Source: an uncultured Marinoscillum sp. (GTDB lineage: Bacteria; Bacteroidota; Bacteroidia; Cytophagales; MED-G16). From it: a DNA stretch of 64,000 nt. Location: contig CACOMW010000002.1 of assembly GCA_902628365.1 (NCBI GenBank), positions 5,298 to 69,297 of the forward strand, written 5' to 3'. Below the pieces are notes generated by a model. The model was not told the origin of the DNA and did not search any database. It worked only from the letters and a program-made list of their open reading frames with translations. Made by a program: the position numbers and the translations under genes. This document shows positions 38,060-47,281 of the stretch, piece after piece (position 1 is the first letter of the stretch; each line of letters starts with the position of its first letter).

Positions 38060-39715
38060 TTAATTACTTAAATTCTTACTAGTAACATAATAATCTCTGT
38101 CTATTGATATTTTTTTATTTTTAATTTCAAGTTCTTGCCATTTATTTTTTGGAAATAATTTTTGATTTTTTTTATCGATTATTATTTCTATTGGCATATT
38201 AAAGTTTTCAATTGTATTTGCCCATCTATATTTTAGTTTATTGCTCTCAATTTTATATTCAAATACTGGGATTCTATAATCTCTTAAATATTGATCAAAA
38301 ACATATTTTAAATCGAAACCAATATTTTTAGAAATATATTCTTCTACTTGTGCTGAAGATACAGTTTGATGATAAAATGTTTTATTTAAACCTCTAAAAA
38401 TCGCTCTCCATTTTTCATCATTGGGAGCAATTTGTCTAATTGTATGCAGTAAGTTTGCTCCTTTTGAATACATATCTTTTGAACCTTCTCTATTTACATT
38501 GTACGGTCCAATTATTGGTTTTGTATTCTGAATTCCTTTACGTGTTCCGATTGTATAATCTGCTCCAGCTTCTTTACCAAAATGATAATTTAAAAATAAA
38601 TTTTCTGAATATGCTGTAAAGCCTTCGTGAATCCACATATCAGCCATGTCAATATAAGTGATATTATTTGCAAACCATTCATGGCCAGATTCATGAATAA
38701 TTATAAAATCAAATTTTAAGCCCCATCCGGTATCAGAAGGGTCTCTACCTAAATAACCTTTCAAAAATTTATTTCCATAAGTTATTGAGCTTTGATGTTC
38801 CATGCCGAGATAAGGTACTTCAACCAATTTATAGCCATCTTCATAAAACGGATAGGGTCCAAACCAATATTCAAATGCTTCTAGCATTTTTGGCACATCT
38901 TTAAAATGTTTTTTAGCTTTTTCTAGATTATAACTTAATACAAAATAATCAACATCTAATTTACCTTTCTCTCCATCATAGATTTCAGAAAAGTTAACAT
39001 AATCACCAATGTTTATGTTTACACCGTAATTGTTTATTGGGTTATTAACAAAGTAATGGTAAGTTTTTCTTTCATTATTTTCGGATGTTACTTTTCTCAA
39101 TCTACCATTAGATACATTAATCAGATTTTCTGGTATATTAACACTAATGAGCATACTGTCAACTTCATCATACATATGATCTTTATTAGGCCACCATACA
39201 CTTGCTCCAAGTCCTTGACATGATGTTGCAATAAAATGATTATTATTTTCATCTCTATCCCAAGAAAGTCCTCCGTCCCAAGGCGCTCTTATGGCTTCTT
39301 TTGGTTTTCCTTCATATTCTATAATTAATTTATTTATGTCACCGACTTTCTGTTCTTTACTTAAAAAGATGAAATATACATTACCTTCTCTATTATATTT
39401 TAAAGGTTTATTTTCTTGAATTACTGAAGTAATCATCATAGGTTCTTGTAGGTCAATTTGAATTACTTGATAAGGTTTTAGTACACTATATACTACGGTA
39501 TTCTTTCCAGAAATAAATTTTTCATCAGGGAAAACAGAAATATCTAAATGATAATAATTTAAATCCCACCACTCTCTTTCTTTTGTTATACTTCCTCTCA
39601 GGGTATCTTGTCTGGTAAAAGATTCCTTTTCTTCAAATATGCCCTGAGAAAATAAAGGATATGATAAAATTTGTATACATGTAACAATAAAAAAACAAAA
39701 AATGTTTTTATTCAT
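38060..39715 (-). CDS. M1-family zinc metallopeptidase (aminopeptidase N-like), secreted
   Basis: HESGHEWFANNITYIDMADMWIHEG is an exact HExxH-x18-E gluzincin motif. Signal peptide. 551 aa. Confidence 0.87.
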   Translation of the reverse strand: MNKNIFCFFIVTCIQILSYPLFSQGIFEEKESFTRQDTLRGSITKEREWWDLNYYHLDISVFPDEKFISGKNTVVYSVLKPYQVIQIDLQEPMMITSVIQENKPLKYNREGNVYFIFLSKEQKVGDINKLIIEYEGKPKEAIRAPWDGGLSWDRDENNNHFIATSCQGLGASVWWPNKDHMYDEVDSMLISVNIPENLINVSNGRLRKVTSENNERKTYHYFVNNPINNYGVNINIGDYVNFSEIYDGEKGKLDVDYFVLSYNLEKAKKHFKDVPKMLEAFEYWFGPYPFYEDGYKLVEVPYLGMEHQSSITYGNKFLKGYLGRDPSDTGWGLKFDFIIIHESGHEWFANNITYIDMADMWIHEGFTAYSENLFLNYHFGKEAGADYTIGTRKGIQNTKPIIGPYNVNREGSKDMYSKGANLLHTIRQIAPNDEKWRAIFRGLNKTFYHQTVSSAQVEEYISKNIGFDLKYVFDQYLRDYRIPVFEYKIESNKLKYRWANTIENFNMPIEIIIDKKNQKLFPKNKWQELEIKNKKISIDRDYYVTSKNLSN

Positions 39716-39776
39716 AATTAATTTTATTTGTGTTAAGAATTTAAATGTAAATATTTTTTAACTAAATTTAATTGTA

Positions 39777-40538
39777 ATGATAAAATATACATTCTTTTTA
39801 ATTTTTTGTTTTTCTATTTCATTTTCTGCGGATGCTCAATCACTAAAAGGATTAAAAAATAAAGCTCTTAACTTAAAAAATAACCTTAAAAACACTTCCA
39901 AAAGTCTTCCATCCATTACTGAAGATGAAGCAGCTACCGCTTTAAGAGATGCTCTAAATAATGGAATAAATAATTCTGTTGAAATAGTATCTAAAGTTGA
40001 TGGATATTTACAAAATCCAGAAATAAAAATACCTTTTCCTCCTGATGCAAAAAAAATTGAAGATAGATTAAGGTCATTAGGGTTGAATAAATTAGTTGAT
40101 GATGCTATTTTATTTATTAATAGGGCAGCGGAAGATGCTGCAACAGAAGCTAAACCTATTATCATTCAAGCCATTAAAAATATGACAGTTAAAGATGCTA
40201 TAAATATAGTTAAAGGAAAAGAAGATGAAGGAACAAATTATTTAAAGAAAAATACCTTTGACTCATTATATAAAAAGTTTATTCCACCTATTGAAATTTC
40301 GTTAGAAAAAGTTAATGCTACTAAACATTGGTCAACTGTTATAAATAGATATAATAAAATTCCTCTGGTTCAAAAAGTGAATCCTGATTTAGATGATTAT
40401 GTTACAAGAAAAGCTTTAGATGGATTATTTATTATGATTGCAAAGGAAGAAAAAAAAATTAGAGAAAAACCTTTAGCAAGAGTAACTGAAACATTAAAGA
40501 AAGTATTTGATTGGGTTGATAATCAAAAAAATGAATAA
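39777..40538 (+). CDS. DUF4197 domain-containing secreted protein
   Basis: Signal peptide. Conserved blocks match my recollection of DUF4197: NPEIKIPFPPDA, INRAAEDAA, MTVKDAINIV, YVTRKALDGLF, IAKEEKKIREKPLAR. Confidence 0.68.
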   Translation: MIKYTFFLIFCFSISFSADAQSLKGLKNKALNLKNNLKNTSKSLPSITEDEAATALRDALNNGINNSVEIVSKVDGYLQNPEIKIPFPPDAKKIEDRLRSLGLNKLVDDAILFINRAAEDAATEAKPIIIQAIKNMTVKDAINIVKGKEDEGTNYLKKNTFDSLYKKFIPPIEISLEKVNATKHWSTVINRYNKIPLVQKVNPDLDDYVTRKALDGLFIMIAKEEKKIREKPLARVTETLKKVFDWVDNQKNE

Positions 40539-40547
40539 TATTTACCT

Positions 40548-41225
40548 ATGATTAAAATTAAATTAAAGCAATTCTTTATCCTTTTTATTTTTTTATTTTC
40601 ATTAAAAATAAAAGCTCAAAATAATGAGGGAGGAATTTATATGTTACAATTTAAAATAGATAATGATTTAATAGAGGAGTTTAAAGTAGAATTCCCGGAA
40701 AAAAAATTTTTTACTTCATTTAGTGAAATTATTGAATTTTCTGATGAAGTATTGGATTCTATTAAGTTTGTAAGTGAAAGTTTTCTCTCAAAAAAGTTGA
40801 GTTCTGATGTGAAGTGTATATATAAGTATACTAAAAGGGGAAAGAAAATTACATCTGTTGGGGTTTTAGGACAGTTGGATGGTATGCCAGTAAATACTTT
40901 TAAAAATACAATTCAGAGTTATAATAAAAAATACTATATTTCTATAGTTGCAAATTTCCAAGCAGGAGGATATTCTATTGATTTTGGAAGAGGAAAAAGA
41001 AGTAAAATAAAACCAAAATTAACTTTAGTTGTAAATGTTTTTGATGTAGATAAAAATTTAATTTTTAAAAATAAATTTGTAGAAAAAAATTTTGAAAAAC
41101 TTAGATCATATTCAGGATCCTATGAAGGTGTTAGAGGTAATACTGTAGTTACAGCATCAGAAACATTAAGAGATGTGGATTTTTTTTCAATGTATAAGTC
41201 AACTTTAGATAAACTCCTCAAATAA
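40548..41225 (+). CDS. Hypothetical secreted protein
   Basis: Signal peptide (FSLKIKAQ). No recognisable motifs. Coding supported only by ORF length and operon-like spacing (9 nt after the DUF4197 gene). Confidence 0.4.
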   Translation: MIKIKLKQFFILFIFLFSLKIKAQNNEGGIYMLQFKIDNDLIEEFKVEFPEKKFFTSFSEIIEFSDEVLDSIKFVSESFLSKKLSSDVKCIYKYTKRGKKITSVGVLGQLDGMPVNTFKNTIQSYNKKYYISIVANFQAGGYSIDFGRGKRSKIKPKLTLVVNVFDVDKNLIFKNKFVEKNFEKLRSYSGSYEGVRGNTVVTASETLRDVDFFSMYKSTLDKLLK

Positions 41226-42093
41226 TAAATGTATTTTTTGGTATTGAAATTGCCCCACCTTTTTTTGTTACACAAATTGAAGCAGCTTTAGATGCAATTA
41301 ATAAACAATCTTTTATTTCTTTTTTTTTAGATAAGTAACTTATAAAATAACCAATAAAAGTATCTCCTGCCGCCGTAGTGTCTACAGCTTTAACTTTCAC
41401 CGCTTCGCATTTTAAATATTCATTTTTATTAAAATAAATAGATCCTTTTTCTCCAAGGGTTAGCAAAATGGATGTATTAGAATATTTATTTTTTAAATAA
41501 TAAATTATTTCATCATAATCAATATTATTTTTTGATAGTTTTTTTGCTTCACTTTCATTTACAATAAGATAATCTACTAAACTAAGTGGGTAGTTTAAAA
41601 CCTCTTTTGTCATAGGGGCTGGATTGAAAAATATTCTCATTCCTCTATTTGCAGCTTTTTCTATTATTTCGGGTATTTTATTTATTTCATTTTGGAGAAG
41701 TAAAATATCTCCTTGATTAAAATTTTGTAATATTTTATCTATTTGACTTGATTCAAAAGCTCTGTTTGCACCTCCGTGAATAATAATTGAATTTTCTCCA
41801 TTTTTATTTACTTGAATTATTGCATGACCAGTACTTTCATCTACCTCCTTTATGTAATCAATATTAACATTCCATTTTATTAATTCTTTTTTAATATTAT
41901 CATCTTTGATATTTATATTTCCGGCATGAAAAACTTGAGAACCAGCTTGAGCTAATGCCACACTTTGATTTAATCCTTTTCCACCTAGAAAAACTTTAAA
42001 ATTATTACTAGGAATTGTTTCACCAGATTTTACAAAATTATCTACTTCATAAACATAATCAATATTAATTGAACCTATATTTAGTATTTTCAT
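41218..42093 (-). CDS. rbsK: Ribokinase (PfkB family)
   Basis: GGKGLNQSVALAQ (the GGKGxNQ ribokinase motif) and C-terminal PfkB signature AVDTTAAGDTFIG. 291 aa. Confidence 0.85.
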   Translation of the reverse strand: MKILNIGSINIDYVYEVDNFVKSGETIPSNNFKVFLGGKGLNQSVALAQAGSQVFHAGNINIKDDNIKKELIKWNVNIDYIKEVDESTGHAIIQVNKNGENSIIIHGGANRAFESSQIDKILQNFNQGDILLLQNEINKIPEIIEKAANRGMRIFFNPAPMTKEVLNYPLSLVDYLIVNESEAKKLSKNNIDYDEIIYYLKNKYSNTSILLTLGEKGSIYFNKNEYLKCEAVKVKAVDTTAAGDTFIGYFISYLSKKKEIKDCLLIASKAASICVTKKGGAISIPKNTFII

Positions 42094-43004
42094 GTTAATG
42101 ATTTCTTAAATATATCAAGAAATTTTTTTCTAGACGCTTTTAATATAATTGTAGTATTTTTTTTGCCTTTTTCATTAAGAATATTTTCTCCTCGATGTTC
42201 TTCATTGGAAAGATTAATTTTAACATTATATTTTTTTGATTCCATAACGATACTTGGATCTAAAGCTATAGCCATTGCTAAAGGATCTGCTAGTTCTATT
42301 GTTTCATTTCCATATTTCTTTTTTTTGTATTTTTTTGGGTTATTTTGAATGTCCATTGAAAATTTGGAAAGAGGTGTATTTATTTTATTAATTGATTTAA
42401 TAGTTTTAGAATCAAACCATGCATATTTTTTTGTAGCATCCCAATCAATCATAGTAATTTTCATTCCTGATTGAAGTACAATTTCTGCAGCCTCAGGGTC
42501 TACCCAAAAGTTAAACTCTGAAAATGGGGTAATATTTCCCGGACCAAATGCAGTTCCACCCATAATAAAACAATTTTTTATTTTTGAAATTATTCTAGGG
42601 TCTCTTTTTATTGCTATGGCAAGATTAGTAAGAGGTCCTAATGCTACAATCTCTAAGTTATTTCCAAGTTGATAAACCTTTTCAATTATAATATCTATTG
42701 CATTGCCTTCTGTTGCTTTTCTTCCTTTTAAATCTAGTCCTATATCACCAAGACCATCTTGGCCATGAAAAAATTCGGACGTTCTTAAAGGTCTTTTTAA
42801 AGGTTTTCCTTCACCTAGATAAACTGGAGTTTTTTTATTACATAGATCAACGGTATATAGAGCATTTTGAAGCCCTTGTTCTACGGGAATATTTCCAGCT
42901 ACTATAGTAATTGCTTCTATGCTTATTTTTGAATTATTAAGAGCCATTACAAGAGCAACAGCATCATCTGAGCCAGTATCTGTATCGATTAATATATGTC
43001 TCAT
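42090..43004 (-). CDS. Nucleoside hydrolase (inosine/uridine-preferring IUNH family)
   Basis: N-terminal aspartate cluster ILIDTDTGSDDAVAL (DxDxxxDD). 304 aa. 4-nt overlap with ribokinase. Confidence 0.87.
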   Translation of the reverse strand: MRHILIDTDTGSDDAVALVMALNNSKISIEAITIVAGNIPVEQGLQNALYTVDLCNKKTPVYLGEGKPLKRPLRTSEFFHGQDGLGDIGLDLKGRKATEGNAIDIIIEKVYQLGNNLEIVALGPLTNLAIAIKRDPRIISKIKNCFIMGGTAFGPGNITPFSEFNFWVDPEAAEIVLQSGMKITMIDWDATKKYAWFDSKTIKSINKINTPLSKFSMDIQNNPKKYKKKKYGNETIELADPLAMAIALDPSIVMESKKYNVKINLSNEEHRGENILNEKGKKNTTIILKASRKKFLDIFKKSLT

Positions 43005-43011
43005 TAAAAAA

Positions 43012-43956
43012 TTAGCCTTCTAATGCAGCTTTCGTGAAGACATATTTGCCATTTTTCTCTTCAATTAGATACCAGAGGTTTTTTATTTTACTTACATTAG
43101 AATTATCATCTGACCAATCAGTTTCACTACTACAATTATGAAAAAAACTACCATCAAGAATCTCAGATTCTTTAAGCCAACCTCTTTCAATCATTAAGCG
43201 AATACCACCAGCACCTCTACCTGCAATTCCACTACCTGAAATAGAAGTATCTTTATCTTCATTATAGTTTTCATAAGCCTGTTTAAGTAAAGCGCTTACC
43301 CCATCTTTATTATTCATTTCTCCTGTAACTACTTTAGCAAAATATTCTGCACCTCCTTCAACCACCCATTTGTGGTTGCTTTTAGATTTATCTCTTGACT
43401 TTCTACAGCTTTCATCACTTAAATCTTGTTGAAATGCATGATAAAGTTCATGGATTACAAGGGATTGTTTGTTTTCTTCATTCATATCTTTTGTAAACCC
43501 CATAAGAATTATACGAGATTTAGGGCAGATGTCAAATTGACTAGAAGCATCAGCTCCGTTTTCTATATAGCCTCTAAATTTTTCTAGCTCTTCTTTTTTC
43601 CCGTTATTTCCTAAACATGATTTATCAAGCCATTCAGAAATTCCTGTCATTAATTTTTCTATTTGTTCTTTGGACAATAGTACCTTATGTTGATTAAATG
43701 GTTTTGCTTCCTTAACAAAATCTCCTACATCCCAAGATACTGCTAATATATCAGCATTTTGATCCTTCATCTTTTTTGAAGCGTAGCTTGTCCATGATTC
43801 AATCTTTGAGTTGCTAATACTACTTTCATTTAGGATTTTAATTCCAGGTATCACATTTTCATCTGCTTTTTTAACCTCATCTTCTTTTGAACAAGAGATA
43901 ATAAAAGATGAAATTATAAAAATTGATAATATATATCTAAGTTTTTTCATTTTCAA
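43012..43956 (-). CDS. Lipoprotein with HExxH motif (putative MA-clan zinc metallopeptidase)
   Basis: Lipobox IISC. HELYH is followed about 30 residues later by VVEGGAEYF, a possible third-ligand Glu as in gluzincins. Evidence is at motif level only. Confidence 0.45.
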   Translation of the reverse strand: MKMKKLRYILSIFIISSFIISCSKEDEVKKADENVIPGIKILNESSISNSKIESWTSYASKKMKDQNADILAVSWDVGDFVKEAKPFNQHKVLLSKEQIEKLMTGISEWLDKSCLGNNGKKEELEKFRGYIENGADASSQFDICPKSRIILMGFTKDMNEENKQSLVIHELYHAFQQDLSDESCRKSRDKSKSNHKWVVEGGAEYFAKVVTGEMNNKDGVSALLKQAYENYNEDKDTSISGSGIAGRGAGGIRLMIERGWLKESEILDGSFFHNCSSETDWSDDNSNVSKIKNLWYLIEEKNGKYVFTKAALEG

Positions 43957-43958
43957 TT

Positions 43959-44294
43959 TTATTTTTTTCTAGCTTCAATAAAACTTTTTACAAAATAAAT
44001 CATAGCATACAAAGAAGAAGATAACATAATAATTATTCTAACTGCTGCTTCATTTCGTCCATCCTCTAATGCACTGAGTAAAGGCATGATGTTTGCAAAT
44101 GATAATAATGTAACAAGAACTGCAATATGAGCAATTACTTTATTACTATTTTTTATTCCATTATTTAAAAAAATAAGTACTACTCCTATGGCAACAGGTA
44201 TTAATGATGTAGGAGAACCAGAAATAAAATAACCCCATCCACCTATAACAATTAAAACTATTGCATTTAATAAACTAGCTACATGTGCTTTCAT
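43959..44294 (-). CDS. Small 4-TM membrane protein, unknown function
   Basis: 111 aa with four hydrophobic helices. 2-nt gap to the downstream lipoprotein gene. Confidence 0.5.
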   Translation of the reverse strand: MKAHVASLLNAIVLIVIGGWGYFISGSPTSLIPVAIGVVLIFLNNGIKNSNKVIAHIAVLVTLLSFANIMPLLSALEDGRNEAAVRIIIMLSSSLYAMIYFVKSFIEARKK

Positions 44295-44345
44295 ATTATT
44301 TATTTTAAAGTTTAGTTTTTCTAAAATTAATACAACTTTTTTAAA

Positions 44346-45653
44346 TTAATATTTTTTTAAACCCAAATCTATATTGAGCTGACCTTTTTTCTTAAGCCAC
44401 ATTGAACGATAAATTCCTTTTTTATCATGAAGTTCGGATTGTCTTTCAGGGTTAAAAACCCAATTTCTAGTATTGTTTCCGACTCCTGCAATATACATCC
44501 AATTACACCAGTTACTTGTTACATCATAATCTATCAAATGCTTTTCAAAGAATGATGCACCCCATACCCAATTTAGATCTAAATTGTTAATTAAATAACT
44601 TGCTACATTTTGTCTGCCTCTGTTACTCATAAAGCCAGTCTCTTTAAGTTCTTTCATATTGGCATCAATAAACTCTTGACCAGTTTCTCCTCTTTTCCAT
44701 TTTTCAAATAATTTTAAGTCATTATTAAAATTTTTAGAAAATATATTACCATTAATGCCTTCTTTTAAAAAAATCTTATTTTTAGCTTTTAGATATACAT
44801 ACCTAAAAAACTCTCTCCATAAAAGTTCAAAAATAAGCCAGTAAGTAGATGAATTTTTTTTAATCTCTTTTTCATATCTTTTCACCTCTTGATAAATCAT
44901 TACAGGTGAAATACATCCAAGGCATAGATACGCTGAAAACTTAGAAGAGTATTCAGTTCCTATAAGGCCGTTTCTTGTTTCTTTGTATTTTTCTATATTT
45001 TTTGATTTCCAAAGATAATTTTTAAGCCTATTAAGACCGTTATTTTCACCTCCTACAAATGGATAAGAAGAATTTAGATTAGTATCTATCATCAAATATT
45101 CTAATTGAATTGTAAAAGGGGAGAGATAATCATTTTTTGATTGAATAGTAGGATCAAATTTTTCAACGTCTCTGATGACAACTAACTTTTCAACCTTCTT
45201 TCTAAAGTGAGTAAATATAAGAGGTAATTCTTCAACTTGATATGGTAATTTTTTTGATTCAAATAGATTTTGATCTTCAAATAAATTTAAATTGAAATCA
45301 TTATCATAAAGTATTTTTTCCTCCCTTTCTTCATATGTACCAACCTCTTTTGTTCCATATACCGTAGTACTATATTTTTTTAAGTCATCGAAGATTTCAA
45401 GAATATTGCCTTCAAGAATCATGAGTTTAATATTGATTTTATTCAGGTCTTTTTTTAAGTTTAATATGGATTCAATTAAAAATTTTTCTCTGAATTTACC
45501 AATCTTTTCAGTATCAGAATTAATTGGATTGAATATTTTATAATCCATTATATATACAAAAAGAAGCTCATCATTTTCTTTTATTGCGCTATTTAATGAA
45601 GGGTTATCATGTATTCTTAAGTTTTTTCTAAACCAATATATTGCCTTTTTCAT
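44346..45653 (-). CDS. Cryptochrome DASH (photolyase/cryptochrome family)
   Basis: N-terminal IYWFRKNLRIHDNPSL and FAD-binding C-terminal blocks (TGFMSNRGRQNVASYL, WGASFFEKHLIDYDVTSNWCNWMY). The ~435-aa size is typical of CRY-DASH. Confidence 0.85.
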   Translation of the reverse strand: MKKAIYWFRKNLRIHDNPSLNSAIKENDELLFVYIMDYKIFNPINSDTEKIGKFREKFLIESILNLKKDLNKINIKLMILEGNILEIFDDLKKYSTTVYGTKEVGTYEEREEKILYDNDFNLNLFEDQNLFESKKLPYQVEELPLIFTHFRKKVEKLVVIRDVEKFDPTIQSKNDYLSPFTIQLEYLMIDTNLNSSYPFVGGENNGLNRLKNYLWKSKNIEKYKETRNGLIGTEYSSKFSAYLCLGCISPVMIYQEVKRYEKEIKKNSSTYWLIFELLWREFFRYVYLKAKNKIFLKEGINGNIFSKNFNNDLKLFEKWKRGETGQEFIDANMKELKETGFMSNRGRQNVASYLINNLDLNWVWGASFFEKHLIDYDVTSNWCNWMYIAGVGNNTRNWVFNPERQSELHDKKGIYRSMWLKKKGQLNIDLGLKKY

Positions 45654-45654
45654 A

Positions 45655-47127
45655 TTATAAATTATTTAAAAAACTCTTTGCAGTTATATTCAAATTATTT
45701 TTCTTATTTGTATCCATTTTATCATAAGAATTTACAAGCATTCTCATTCTAGGATTTCTTATAAAAAACTCTTTTTGATTTTTAATAAAATTCCAAAATA
45801 GAGAATCCCATATTACACACCAATCTCCTTTTTTATAGTCACTCATTTTAAGAATATAACTACTACCGCTTATATATGGTTTTGTTGACATCAACCCCCC
45901 ATCTGCGAATTGACTCATTCCATAAACATTTGGTACCATCACCCAATCATAAGAATCTATAAATAGTTCCATAAACCATTTATAAACCTCATCAGGATCA
46001 AATTCACATAGAAGCATGAAATTACCTAGAATCATAAGTCTTTCAATATGATGGGTATAAGCACTGTTTATCACTTTATTTATACTTTCATCAACTGGAT
46101 CTATCCCTGTTTTACCATTGTAAAAAGATGACGGTATTTTTCTTTTGAAACCCCAATAGTTTTTTGTTCTTTCATAGCTTCCTTTGACTGTATAAATTCC
46201 TCTAATGAATTCTCTCCAACCAATTATTTGTCTAATAAACCCTTCACATGAATTGATAGGTATTTTATTTATTTTATAAAATTTTATTGTTTCATTAATT
46301 ATATATTTTGGAGATAAGAGCCCAACATTAATCAATGGAGATAATAAACTATGGTTTAATATGGATTCATCTTTTAATATAGCATCTTCATACGGACCGA
46401 ATTCTTTAAATCTTACTTTTAAAAACTCATGAAACCATTTTTTTGCAGATTTAAAATTATTAGGGTAAATAATTTTGGAGTTAATCGATCCTAAATTATT
46501 ATTAAAATGGATTGTCACATATCTGACTGCCTCAGCTTGAATTTCATCTGTTTTAGGATATAAAATATTAGGTGTTTTTTTATTCTTAGGATATTTTTCT
46601 CTGTTTTCATTATCATAAGTCCATTTCCCACCAGCTGGATCGTTATTATCAATTAATATATTAAGGTTTTTTCTTTGATTTTTATAAAAGGATGTTTGAA
46701 AAAATTTTACTTTTTCATTTTTAAAAAATGTTTTTAAATCTTCCTTTGTATTGATAAATGATGGATTGTCATAAAAAATAATTTTTATACTTCTTTTTTG
46801 ACATTCTTTTTTTAATCTTTTTTCAATTAAAAAATCATCTGGATCAATTGTATGAATAGTTTCTATCTCTTTTGAAAGGTTTCTAATAAAATTTTTTATT
46901 TCAGAACTTTTATCTTTAGATTCTATATATCTAACATCATAACCTATTTTGATAAGATAATTTTCATAATGTTTCATAGTTGATCTATGAAAAATTAATT
47001 TTTGTTTATGAAAGTTAAATTGTTTAAAAAATAAGTACTCCTCAATTAGATAAATTGGGAATTCTTTTTTCAAAAACTGATTGTTTTCATGAAGTTGGTT
47101 TGGTAGAATAATTGATATTTCTTTCAT
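45655..47127 (-). CDS. Photolyase-related CPF protein (COG3046 / FeS-BCP-CryPro-related)
   Basis: ILPNQL N-terminus, CEGFIRQIIGWREFIRG, HHIERLMILGNF, NVYGMSQFADGG...KPYISGSSYILKMSDY. These blocks are characteristic of the deoxyribodipyrimidine photolyase-related family. Confidence 0.8.
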   Translation of the reverse strand: MKEISIILPNQLHENNQFLKKEFPIYLIEEYLFFKQFNFHKQKLIFHRSTMKHYENYLIKIGYDVRYIESKDKSSEIKNFIRNLSKEIETIHTIDPDDFLIEKRLKKECQKRSIKIIFYDNPSFINTKEDLKTFFKNEKVKFFQTSFYKNQRKNLNILIDNNDPAGGKWTYDNENREKYPKNKKTPNILYPKTDEIQAEAVRYVTIHFNNNLGSINSKIIYPNNFKSAKKWFHEFLKVRFKEFGPYEDAILKDESILNHSLLSPLINVGLLSPKYIINETIKFYKINKIPINSCEGFIRQIIGWREFIRGIYTVKGSYERTKNYWGFKRKIPSSFYNGKTGIDPVDESINKVINSAYTHHIERLMILGNFMLLCEFDPDEVYKWFMELFIDSYDWVMVPNVYGMSQFADGGLMSTKPYISGSSYILKMSDYKKGDWCVIWDSLFWNFIKNQKEFFIRNPRMRMLVNSYDKMDTNKKNNLNITAKSFLNNL

Positions 47128-47281
47128 TTTTATTTCTTCTGCATTTTTCTGAACAATATTTAACTTCTTTCCAGCAGTTTCTCCATTTTTTTCTATAAGA
47201 AAATGGTTTAAGGCAAACTATACATATTTTGAAGTCAAGTTTTTTTTTACCATTTTTTGGGTAATTCATTTCTTTTTGCAT
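47087..47281 (-). CDS. DUF2256 zinc-ribbon protein
   Basis: KICIVCLKPFSYRKKWRNCWKEVKYCSEKCRRNK carries CxxC...CxxxC and the RKKW...W..VKYCS..CR pattern of DUF2256. It overlaps both neighbours in different frames. An alternative start is Met 47269. Confidence 0.75.
   Translation of the reverse strand: MQKEMNYPKNGKKKLDFKICIVCLKPFSYRKKWRNCWKEVKYCSEKCRRNKNERNINYSTKPTS

Noticed and set aside
39836-40165. 109-aa minus-strand ORF antisense to the DUF4197 gene
   Set aside because: The plus-strand product has a signal peptide and multiple conserved DUF4197 blocks. The antisense product is an Ala/Ser-rich artefact.
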